From Eledone cirrhosa (Eukaryota), in assembly GCA_964016885.1 (NCBI GenBank), contig OZ024743.1, positions 136,772,001-136,836,000 of the forward strand: a stretch of 64,000 nt of DNA, read 5' to 3'. The translations under genes were made by a program, and so were the position numbers. Shown piece after piece: positions 46,620 through 57,624 of this stretch; the stretch's first letter is position 1, and each line of letters opens with the position of its first letter. A model generated the notes under the pieces. It had not been told where the DNA came from. It did no database searches and was given only the letters and a program-made list of their open reading frames with translations.

Positions 46620-49420
46620 TGCTGTTTGGTGTTTGGTGTTTGCTGTTTGCTGTTTGGTGTCTGCTTTTTGGTGTTTGGTGTTTGCTGTATCGTGTTTGCT
46701 GTTTCGTGTTTATTGTTTGCTGTTTGGTGTTTGTTGTTTGGTGTTTGGTGTTTCCTGTTTGGTGTTTAGTCTTTGGTGTTTGGTGTTTGGTGCTTGGTGC
46801 TTGGTGTTTGGCGTTTGGTGCTTGGGGCTTGGTGTTTGGTGCTGCGTGCTTGGTGCTTGGTGCTTGGTGCTTGGTGCTTGGTGTTTGGTGTTTGATGATT
46901 GGTGTTTGGTGTTTGGTGTTTGGTGCTTGGTGCTTGGTGTTTGGTGTTTGATGCTTGCTGCTTGATGCTTGGTGCTTGGTGCTTGGTGTTTGGTGCTTGG
47001 TGCTTGGTGTTTGGTGCTTGGTACTTGGTGTTTGGTGCTTGGTGTTTGCTGTTTGCTGTTTGGTGTTTGGTGTTTGCTGTTTGCTGTTTGGTGTCTGCTT
47101 TTTGGTGTTTGTTGTTTGCTCTATGGTGTTTGCTGTTTCATGTTTGGTGTTTGCTGTTTGGTGTTTGGTGTTTGCTGTTTGGTGTTTGGTGCTTGGTGTT
47201 TGGTGCTTGGTGCTTGTTGTTTGATGATTGGTGCTTGGTGCTTGGTGTTTGCTGTTTGGTGCTTGGGGCTTGGTGTTTGGTGCTGCGTGCTTGGTGCTTG
47301 GTGCTTGGTGCTTGGTGTTTGGTGTTTGATGATTGGCGTTTGGTGTTTGGTGTTTGGTGTTTGGTGCTTGGTGTTTGGTGTGTGATGCTTGCTGCTTGAT
47401 GCTTGGTGCTTGGTGCTTGGTGTTTGGTGCTTGGTGCTTGGTGTTTGGTGCTTGGTACTTGGTGTTTGGTGCTTGGTGTTTGCTGTTTGCTGTTTGGTGT
47501 TTGGTGTTTGCTGTTTGCTGTTTGGTGTCTGCTTTTTGGTGTTTGTTGTTTGCTCTATGGTGTTTGCTGTTTCGTGTTTGGTGTTTGCTATTTGGTGTTT
47601 GGTGTTTGCTGTTTGGTGTTTGGTGCTTGGTGTTTGGTGCTTGGTGCTTGGTGTTTGGTGCTAAGTGCTTGGTGTTTGGTGCTTGGTGTTTGCTGTTTGG
47701 TGCTTGGTACTTGGGGCTTGGTGTTTGGTGCTTGGTGCTTCGTGCTTGGTGTTTGGTGCTTGGTGCCTGGTGCTTGTTGTTTGGTGATTGGTGCTTGGTG
47801 TTTGCTGTTTGGTGCTGCGTGCTTGGTGCTTGGTGCTTGGTGCTTGGTGCTTGGTGTTTTGTGTTTGGTGTTTGATGCTTGGTGTCTGGTGTTTGGTGCT
47901 TGATGCTTGGTGTTTGGTGTTTGATGCTTGGTGCTTGATGCTTGGTGCTTTGTGCTTGGTGTTTGGTGCTTGGTGCTTGGTGTTTGTACTTGGTGTTTGG
48001 TGCTTGGTGTTTGGTGCTTGGTGCTTGGTGTTTGGTGCTTGGTGCTTGGTGTTTGGTGTTTGGTGCTTGGTGTTTGGTGCTTGGTGCTTGGTGCTTGGTG
48101 TTAGGTGTTTGGTGCTTCATGCCTGGTGCTTGGTGTTTGGTGCTTGGTGCTTGGTGTTTGGTGTTTGGTGCTTCATGCTTGGTGCTTGGTGTTTGGTGCT
48201 TGGTGCTTGGTATTTGGTGCTTGGTGCCTGGTGCATGGTGTTTGGTGCTTGATGCTTGGTGTTTGGTGTTTGGTGCTTGGTGTTTGGTGCTTGGTGCTTG
48301 GTGCTTGGTGTTAGGTGTTAGGTGTTTGATGCTTGGAGTTTGCTGTTTGGTGTTTGGTGTTTGCTGTTTGGTGTTTGGTCTTTGGTGCTTGGTCTTTGGT
48401 GCTTGGTGTTTGGTGCTTGGTGCTTGGTGTTTGGTGCTTGGTGCCTGGTGCTTGTTGTTTGGTGATTGGTGCTTGGTGTTTCCTGTTTGCTGTTTGGTGT
48501 TTGGTGTTTGCTGTTTTGTGTTTGGTGCTTGGTGCTTGGTGCTTGGTGTTTGGTGCTTGGTGCTTGGTGTTTGGTGCATGGTGCTTGATGCTTGGTGTTT
48601 GTACTTGGTGCTTGGTGCATGGTGTTTTGTGCTTGGTGCTTGGTGTTTGGTGCTTGGTGTTTGGTGCTTAGTGCTTGGTGTTTGGTGTTTGGTGCTTGGT
48701 GTTTGGTGCTTGGTGCTTGGTGCTTGGTGTTTGGTGTTTGGTGCTTCCTGCTTGGTGCTTGGTGTTTGGTGCTTGGTGCTTGGTGTTTGGTGCTTGGTGC
48801 CTGGTGCATGGTGTTTGGTGTTTGATGCTTGGTGTTTGGTGTTTGGTGCTTGGTGTTTGGTGCTTGGTGCTTGGTGCTTGGTGTTAGGTGTTAGGTGTTT
48901 GGTGATTGGTGCTTGGTGTTTGGTGCTTGGTGCTTAATGTTTGGTGCTTGGAGCTTGGTGTTTGGTGCTTGGTGTTTGGTGCTTGGTACTTGGGGCTTGG
49001 TGTTTGGTGCTTGGTGCTTGGTGCTTGGTGTTTGGTGCTTGGTGCTTGGTGTTTGGTGTTTGGTGCTTGGTGTTTGGTGCTTGGTGCTTGGTGCTGGGTG
49101 GTTGGTGTTTGGTGCTTGGTGCTTGGTGTTTGGTGCTTGGTGCTTGGTGCTTGGTGTTTGGTGCTTGGCGCTTGGTGCTTGGTCTTTGGTGCTTGGTGTT
49201 TGGTGTTTGGTGCTTTGTGCTTGGTGTTTGGTGCTTGGTGATTAGTGTTTGGTGCTTGGTGCTTGGGGTTTGGTGTTTGGTGCTTGGTGCTTGGTGTTTG
49301 GTGCTTGGTGTTTGGTTTTTACTGTTTGGTGTTTGGTGTTTGCTGTTTGCTGTTTGCTGTTTGGTGTCTGCTTTTTGGTGTTTGGTGTTTGCTGTATCGT
49401 GTTTTCTGTTTCGTGTTTAT
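46620..49420 (+). repeat. Third, more diverged copy of the 2685-bp unit
   Basis: ORF 46899 matches 39529, 46955 matches 39585/42270, and 48318 matches 40926/43611. The same 434-bp spacing is present (46955/47389). Confidence 0.88.
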
Positions 49421-49679
49421 TGTTTGCTGTTTGGTGTTTGGTGTTTGGTGTTTGGTGTTTCCTGTTTGGTGTTTAGTCTTTGGTGATTGGTGCTTGGTGC
49501 TTGGTGTTTGGTGTTTGGTGCTTGGTGCTTGGTGTTTGGTGCTTGGTACTTGTTGTTTGGAGATTGGTGCTTGGTGCTTGGTGTTTGCTGTTTGGTGCTT
49601 GGGGCTTGGTGTTTGGTGCTGCGTGCTTGGTGCTTGGTGCTTGGTGCTTGGTGCTTGGTGTTTGGTGTTTGATGATTGG

Positions 49680-52260
49680 TGTTTGGTGTTTGGTGTTTGG
49701 TGCTTGGTGCTTGGTGTTTGGTGTTTGATGCTTGCTGCTTGATGCTTGGTGCTTGGTGCTTGGTGTTTGGTGCTTGGTGCTTGGTGTTTGGTGCTTGGTA
49801 CTTGGTGTTTGTTGCTTGGTGTTTGCTGTTTGCTGTTTGGTGTTTGGTGTTTGTTGTTTGCTGTTTGGTGTCTGCTTTTTGGTGTTTGTTGTTTGCTCTA
49901 TGGTGTTTGCTGTTTCATGTTTGGTGTTTGCTGTTTGGTGTTTGGTGTTTGCTGTTTGGTGTTTGGTGCTTGGTGTTTGGTGCTTGGTGCTTGGTGTTTG
50001 GTGTTTGGTGCTTGGTACTTGGGGCTTGGTGTTTGGTGCTTGGTGCTTCGTGCTTGGTGTTTGGTGCTTGGTGCTGCGTGCTTGGTGCTTGGTGCTTGGT
50101 GCTTGGTGCTTGGTGTTTTGTGTTTGGTGTTTGATGCTTGGTGTTTGGTGTTTGGTGCTTGGTTCTTGGTGTTTGGTGTTTGATGCTTGGTGCTTGATGC
50201 TTGGTGCTTGGTGCTTGGTGTTTGGTGCTTGGTGCTTGGTGTTTGTACTTGGTGTTTGGTGCTTGGTGTTTGGTGCTTGGTGCTTGGTGTTTGGTGCTTG
50301 GTGCTTGGTGCTTGGTGTTTGGTGTTTGGTGCTTTGTGTTTGGTGCTTGGTGCTTGGTGCTTGGTGTTAGGTGTTTGGTGCTTCATGTCTGGTGCTTGGT
50401 GTTTGGTGCTTGGTGCTTGGTGTTTGGTGCTTGGTGCCTGGTGCATGGTGTTTGTTGCTTGGTGCTTGGTGTTTGGTGTTTGGTGCTTGGTGTTTGGTGC
50501 TTGGTGCTTGGTGTTTGGTGTTTGGTGTTTGGTGCTTGCTGCTTGCTGCTTGGTGTTTGGTGCTTGGTGATTGGTGCTTGGTGTTTGGTGCTTGGTGCTT
50601 GGTGTTTGGTGCTAGGTGCTTGGTGCTTGGTGCTTGGTGTTTGGTGTTTGGTGCTTGGTACTTGGGGCTTTGTATTTGGTGCTTGGTGCTTCGTGTTTGG
50701 TGTTTGGTGCTTGGTGCTTGGTGTTTGGTGCTTGGTGTTTGGTGCTTGGTGCTTGGTGCTGTGTGGTTGGCGTTTGGTGCTTGGTGCTTGGTGTTTGGTG
50801 CTTGGTGCTTGGTGCTTGGTGTTTGGTGCTTGGTGTTTGGTGTTTGGTGCTTGGTGCTTGGTGTTTGGTGCTTGGTGCTTGGTGATTAGTGTTTGGTGCT
50901 TGGTGCTTGGGGTTTGGTGTTTGGTGCTTGGTGCTTGGTGTTTGGTGCTTGGTGCTTGGTGTTTGGTGCTTGGTGTTTGGTGTTTGCTGTTTGGTGTTTG
51001 GTGTTTGGTGTTTGCTGTTTGCTGTTTGCTGTTTGGTGTCTGCTTTTTGGTGTTTGGTGTTTGCTGTATGGTGTTTGCTGTTTCGTGTTTATTGTTTGCT
51101 GTTTGGTGTTTGGTGTTTGGTGTTTGGTGTTTCCTGTTTGGTCTTTAGTCTTTGGTGCTTGGTGTTCGGTGCTTGGTGCTTGGTATTTGGTGTTTGGTGT
51201 TTGGTGCTTGGTGCTTGGTGTTTGGTGCTTGGTGCTTGGTGTTTGGTGTTTGGTGCTTGGTGCTTGGTGTTTGTTGTTTGGTGTTTTCTGTTTGGTGTTT
51301 GGTGTTTGCTGTTTCGTGTCTGCTTTTTGGTGTTTGGTGTTTGCTGTATGTTGTTTGCTGTTTGCTGTTTGGTGTTTGGTGTTTGCTGTTTGGTGCTTGG
51401 TGCTTGGTGTTTGGTGCTTGGTGCTTGGTGTTTGGTGCCTGGTGCTTGGTGCTTGGTGCTTGGTGTTTGGTGTTTGGTGCCTGGTGCTTGGTGCTTGGTG
51501 TTTTGTGTTTGGTGTTTGGTTTTTGGTGCTTGGTCCTTGGTGTTTGGTGCTGGGTGCTTTGTGTCTGGTGCTTGGTGCTTGGTGTTCGGTGTTTGCTGCT
51601 TGGTGTTTGATGCTTGGTGCTTGGTGCTTGGTGTTTTGTGTTTGGTGCTTGGTGCTTGGTGTTTGGTGATTGGTGCTTGGTGTTTGGTGCCTGGTGCTTG
51701 GTGCTTGGTGCTTGGTCCTTGGTGTTTGGTGCTGGGTGCTTGGTGTTTGATGCTTGGTGCTTGGTGTTTGGTGCTTGGTGCTTGGTGTTTGGTGCTTGGT
51801 GCTGGTTGGTTGGTGTTTGGTGCTTGGTGTTTGGTGCTGGGTGCTTGGTGTTTGGTGCTTGGTGCTTGGTCTTTGGTGCTTGGTGTTTGGTGTTTGGTGC
51901 TTGGTGCTTGGTGTTTGGTGCTTGGTGCTTGGTGTTTAGTGCTTGGTGCTTAGTGTTTGGTGCTAGGTGCTTGGGGTTTGGTGTTTGGTGCTTGGTGTTT
52001 GGTGCTTGGTGCTTGGTGTTTGGTGCTTGGTGTTTGGTGTTTGCTGTTTGCTGTTTGGTGTTTGTTGTTTGGTGTTTGTTGTTTGGTGTTTGCTGTTTGG
52101 TGTTTCGTGTTTGCTGTTTCGTGTCTGCTTTTTGGTGTTTGGTGTTTGCTGTATGTTGTTTGCTGTTTGGTGTTTGGTGTTTGGTGTTTGGTGCTTGGTG
52201 CTTGGTGTTTGGTGCTTGGTGCTTGGTGTTTGGTGCCTGGTGCTTGGTGCTTGGTGTTTG
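49680..52260 (+). repeat. Dispersed copy of ~32490-35200 (offset ~17.07 kb)
   Basis: Rare GCTGTGTGGTTGGCG and GGGGCTTTGTATTTGG markers occur at ~33600-33700, ~50670-50770 and ~61880-61985. ORF pairs 33302/50371 and 33547/50616 (17069). Confidence 0.85.
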
Positions 52261-55200
52261 GTGTTTGGTGTTTGGTGCTTGGTGCTTGGTGCTTGGAGTT
52301 TTGTGTTTGGTGTTTGGTTTTTGGTGCTTGGTGTTTGGTTCTTGGTTCTTGGTGTTTGGTGTTTGGTATTTGGTGTTTGGTGCTTGTTGCTTGGTGTTTT
52401 GTGCTTGGTGCTTGGTGTTTGGTGCCTGGTGCTTGGTGCTTGGTGCTTGGTGTTTGGTGTTTGGTGCTTGGTGCTTGTTGTTTTGGGTTTGGTGTTTGGT
52501 TTTTGGTGCTTGGTGCTTGGTGCTTGGTCCTTGGTGTTTGGTGCTGGGTGCTTTGTGTTTGGTGCTTGGTGCTTGGTGTTTGGTGTTTGCTGCTTGGTGT
52601 TTGATGCTTGGTGCTTGGTGCTTGGTGTTTTGTGTTTGGTGCTTGGTGTTTGGTGCTTGGTGCTTGGTGTTTGTACTTGGTGCTTGGTGCTTGGTGCTTG
52701 GTGTTTGGTGTTTGGTGCTTGGTGTTTGGTGCTTGGTGCTTGGTGCTTGGTGTTAGGTGTTTAGTGCTTGGTGCTTGGTGTTTGCTGTTTGCTGTTTGGT
52801 GTTTGGTGTTTGGTGTTTGGTGTTTGCTGTTTGGTGTCTGCTTTTTGGTGTTTAGTGTTTGCTGTATGGTGTTTGCTGTTTCGTGTTTGGTGTTTGTTGT
52901 TTGGTGTTTGGTCTTTGGTGCTTGGTGCTTGGTGCTTGGTGCTTGGTGCTTGGTGTTTGGTGTTTGGTGTTTGGTGCTTGGTGTTTGGTGTTTGTTGTTT
53001 GGTGCTTGGTGTCTGGTGCTTGGTGTTTGGTGTTTGGTGCTTGGTGTTTGGTGTTCGGTGTTTGGTGCTTGGTGCTTGGTGTTTGGTGTTCGGTGTTTGG
53101 TGCAAGGTGCTTGGTGTTTGGTGTTTGGTGCTTGGTGTTTGGTGTTTGGTGCTTTTTGCTTGGTGCTTGGTGCTTGGTGTTTGGTGCTTGGTGCTTGGTG
53201 TTTGGTGCTGGGTGCTTGGTGCTTGGTGTTTGACTGTTTGGTGCTTGGTGCTTGGTGTTTGGTGTTTGGTGTTATATGCTTGGTGTTTGATGCTTGGTGC
53301 TTGGTGCTTGGTGTTTGGTGTTTGGTGTTTGATGCTTGGTGCTTGGTGCTTGGTGTTTGGTCTTTGGTGCTTGGTGTTTGTACTTGGTGCTTGGTGCTTG
53401 GTGCTTGGTGTTTGGTGCTTGGTGTTTGGTGCTTGGTGCTTGGTGCTTGGTGCTTGGTGTTTGGTGGTTGGTGTTTGGTGCTTGGTGTTAGGTGTTTGGT
53501 GCTTGGTGTTTGGTGTTTGGTGCTTGGTGTTTGGTGCTTGGTACTTGGTGCTTGGTGCTTGGTGTTAGGTGTTTGGTGCTTGGTGCTTGGTGCTTGGTGT
53601 TTGGTGCTTGGTGTTTGGTGCTTGGTGCTTGGTGCTTGGTGCTTGGTGCTTGGTGTTTGGTGGTTGGTGTTTGGTGCTTGGTGTTAGGTGTTTGGTGCTT
53701 GATGCTTGGTGTTTGGTGCTTTTTGCTTGGTGCTTGGTGCTTGGTGTTTGGTGCTTGATGCTTGGTGTTTGGTGCTGGGTGCTTGGTGCTTGGTGTTTGG
53801 TGTTTGGTGATTGGTGCTTGGTGTTTGGTGTTTGGTGTTATATGCTTGGTGTTTGATGCTTGGTGCTTGGTGCTTGGTGTTTGGTACTTGGTGATTGATG
53901 CTTGGTGCTTGGTGCTTGGTGTTTGGTGCTTGGTGCTTGGTGTTTGGTGCTTGGTGTTTGGTGCTTGGTGTTTGGTGATTGGTGCTTGGTGCTTGGTGCT
54001 TGGTGCTTGGTGTTTGGTGGTTGGTGCTTGGTGCTTGGTGTTAGGTGTTTGGTGCTTGGTGCTTGGTGTTTGGTGTTTGGTGCTTGGTGTTTGGTGTTTG
54101 GTGCTTGGTGTTTGGTGCTTGGTACTTGGTGCTTGGTGCTTGGTGTTAGGTGTTTGGTGCTTGGTGCTTGGTGTCTGGTTTTTGGTGCTTGGTGCTTGGT
54201 GTTTGGTGTTTGGTGTTTGGTGTTTGGTGTTTCCTGTTTGGTCTTTAGTCTTTGGTGCTTGGTGTTCGGTGCTTGGTGCTTGGTATTTGGTGTTTGGTGC
54301 TTGGTGCTTGGTGTTTGGTGTTTGGTGCTTGGTGCTTGGTGTTTGTTGTTTGGTGTTTTCGGTTTGGTGTTTGGTGTTTGCTGTTTCGTGTCTGCTTTTT
54401 GGTGTTTGGTGTTTGCTGTATGTTGTTTGCTGTTTGCTGTTTGGTGTTTGGTGTTTGGTGTTTGGTGCTTGGTGCTTGGTGTTTGGTGCTTGGTGCTTGG
54501 TGTTTGGTGCCTGGTGCTTGGTGCTTGGTGCTTGGTGTTTGGTGTTTGGTGCTTGGTGCTTGGTGCTTGGTGTTTTGTGTTTGGTGTTTGGTTTTTGGTG
54601 CTTGGTCCTTGGTGTTTGGTGCTGGGTGCTTTGTGTCTGGTGCTTGGTGCTTGGTGTTTGGTGTTTGCTGCTTGGTGTTTGATGCTTGGTGCTTGGTGCT
54701 TGGTGTTTTGTGTTTGGTGCTTGGTGCTTGGTGTTTGGTGCTTGGTGTTTGGTGTTTGCTGTTTGCTGTTTGGTGTTTGTTGTTTGGTGTTTGTTGTTTG
54801 GTGTTTGCTGTTTGGTGTTTCGTGTTTGCTGTTTCGTGTCTGCTTTTTGGTGTTTGGTGTTTGCTGTATGTTGTTTGCTGTTTGGTGTTTGGTGTTTGGT
54901 GTTTGGTGCTTGGTGCTTGGTGTTTGGTGCTTGGTGCTTGGTGTTTGGTGCCTGGTGCTTGGTGCTTGGTGTTTGGTGTTTGGTGTTTGGTGCTTGGTGC
55001 TTGGTGCTTGGTGTTTTGTGTTTGGTGTTTGGTTTTTGGTGCTTGGTGTTTGGTTCTTGGTTCTTGGTGTTTGGTGTTTGGTATTTGGTGTTTGGTGCTT
55101 GTTGCTTGGTGTTTTGTGCTTGGTGCTTGGTGTTTGGTGCCTGGTGCTTGGTGCTTGGTGCTTGGTGTTTGGTGTTTGGTGCTTGGTGCTTGTTGTTTTG

Positions 55201-57600
55201 GGTTTGGTGTTTGGTTTTTGGTGCTTGGTGCTTGGTGCTTGGTCCTTGGTGTTTGGTGCTGGGTGCTTTGTGTTTGGTGCTTGGTGCTTGGTGTTTGGTG
55301 TTTGCTGCTTGGTGTTTGATGCTTGGTGCTTGGTGCTTGGTGTTTTGTGTTTGGTGCTTGGTGTTTGGTGCTTGGTGCTTGGTGTTTGTACTTGGTGCTT
55401 GGTGCTTGGTGCTTGGTGTTTGGTGTTTGGTGCTTGGTGTTTGGTGCTTGGTGCTTGGTGTTAGGTGTTTAGTGCTTGGTGCTTGGTGTTTGGTGCTTGG
55501 TGTTTGCTGTTTGCTGTTTGGTGTTTGGTGTTTGGTGTTTGGTGTTTGCTGTTTGGTGTCTGCTTTTTGGTGTTTAGTGCTTGCTGTATGGTGTTTGCTG
55601 TTTCGTGTTTGGTGTTTGTTGTTTGGTGTTTGGTCTTTGGTGCTTGGTGCTTGGTGCTTGGTGCTTGGTGCTTGGTGTTTGGTGTTTGGTGTTTGGTGCT
55701 TGGTGTTTGGTGTTTGTTGTTTGGTGCTTGGTGTCTGGTGCTTGGTGTTTGGTGTTTGGTGCTTGGTGTTTGGTGTTCGGTGTTTGGTGCTTGGTGCTTG
55801 GTGTTTGGTGTTCGGTGTTTGGTGCTTGGTGCTTGGTGTTTGGTGTTTGGTGCTTGGTGTTTGGTGTTTGGTGCTTTTTGCTTGGTGCTTGGTGCTTGGT
55901 GTTTGGTGCTTGGTGCTTGGTGTTTGGTGCTGGGTGCTTGGTGCTTGGTGTTTGACTGTTTGGTGCTTGGTGCTTGGTGTTTGGTGTTTGGTGTTATATG
56001 CTTGGTGTTTGATGCTTGGTGCTTGGTGCTTGGTGTTTGGTGTTTGGTGTTTGATGCTTGGTGCTTGGTGCTTGGTGTTTGGTCTTTGGTGCTTGGTGTT
56101 TGTACTTGGTGCTTGGTGCTTGGTGCTTGGTGTTTGGTGCTTGGTGTTTGGTGCTTGGTGCTTGGTGCTTGGTGCTTGGTGTTTGGTGGTTGGTGTTTGG
56201 TGCTTGGTGTTAGGTGTTTGGTGCTTGGTGTTTGGTGTTTGGTGCTTGGTGTTTGGTGCTTGGTACTTGGTGCTTGGTGCTTGGTGTTAGGTGTTTGGTG
56301 CTTGGTGCTTGGTGCTTGGTGTTTGGTGCTTGGTGTTTGGTGCTTGGTGCTTGGTGCTTGGTGCTTGGTGCTTGGTGTTTGGTGGTTGGTGTTTGGTGCT
56401 TGGTGTTAGGTGTTTGGTGCTTGGTGTTTGGTGCTTGGTACTTGGTGCTTGGTGCTTGGTGTTAGGTGTTTGGTGCTTGGTGCTTGGTGTCTGGTTTTTG
56501 GTGCTTGGTGCTTGGTGTTTGGCGTTTGGTGTTTGGTGTTTGGTGTTTCCTGTTTGGTCTTTAGTCTTTGGTGCTTGGTGTTCGGTGCTTGGTGCTTGGT
56601 ATTTGGTGTTTGGTGTTTGGTGCTTGGTGCTTGGTGTTTGGTGCTTGGTGCTTGGTGTTTGGTGTTTGGTGCTTGGTGCTTGGTGTTTGTTGTTTGGTGT
56701 TTTCTGTTTGGTGTTTGGTGTTTGCTGTTTCGTGTCTGCTTTTTGGTGTTTGGTGTTTGCTGTATGTTGTTTGCTGTTTGCTGTTTGGTGTTTGGTGTTT
56801 GGTGTTTGGTGCTTGGTGCTTGGTGTTTGGTGCTTGGTGCTTGGTGTTTGGTGCCTGGTGCTTGGTGCTTGGTGCTTGGTGTTTGGTGTTTGGTGCTAGG
56901 TGCTTGGTGCTTGGTGTTTTGTGTTTGGTGTTTGGTTTTTGGTGCTTGGTCCTTGGTGTTTGGTGCTGGGTGCTTTGTGTCTGGTGCTTGGTGCTTGGTG
57001 TTTGGTGTTTGCTGCTTGGTGTTTGATGCTTGGTGCTTGGTGCTTGGTGTTTTGTGTTTGGTGCTTGGTGCTTGGTGTTTGGTGATTGGTGCTTGGTGTT
57101 TGGTGCCTGGTGCTTGGTGCTTGGTGCTTGGTCCTTGGTGTTTGGTGCTGGGTGCTTGGTGTTTGATGCTTGGTGCTTGGTGTTTGGTGCTTGGTGCTTG
57201 GTGTTTGGTGCTTGGTGCTGGTTGGTTGGTGTTTGGTGCTTGGTGTTTGGTGCTGGGTGCTTGGTGTTTGGTGCTTGGTGCTTGGTCTTTGGTGCTTGGT
57301 GTTTGGTGTTTGGTGCTTGGTGCTTGGTGTTTGGTGCTTGGTGCTTGGTGTTTAGTGCTTGGTGCTTAGTGTTTGGTGCTAGGTGCTTGGGGTTTGGTGT
57401 TTGGTGCTTGGTGTTTGGTGCTTGGTGCTTGGTGTTTGGTGCTTGGTGTTTGGTGTTTGCTGTTTGCTGTTTGGTGTTTGTTGTTTGGTGTTTGTTGTTT
57501 GGTGTTTGCTGTTTGGTGTTTCGTGTTTGCTGTTTCGTGTCTGCTTTTTGGTGTTTGGTGTTTGCTGTATGTTGTTTGCTGTTTGGTGTTTGGTGTTTGG
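51100..57600 (+). repeat. Mosaic 2.3-3.1 kb higher-order repeats, including a 2715-2722-bp duplication (~52030-53700 vs ~54750-56420)
   Basis: TTCCTGTTTGGTCTTTAGTC at ~51131, ~54231 and ~56547. GACTGTTT 8-bp unit at ~53232 and ~55954. ORF pairs 52859/55581 and 53492/56214 (2722), and 51152/56568 and 51754/57170 (5416). Confidence 0.87.
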
Positions 57601-57624
57601 TGTTTGGTGCTTGGTGCTTGGTGC

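Noticed and set aside
46570-48579. Minus-strand KHQAPST/KHQTPNT ORFs (e.g. 669 aa) as mucin-like or heptad-repeat proteins
   Set aside because: These are the reverse-complement reading of the same satellite. Starts arise from sporadic CAT variants. There is no signal peptide or non-repetitive domain, and no frame preference.
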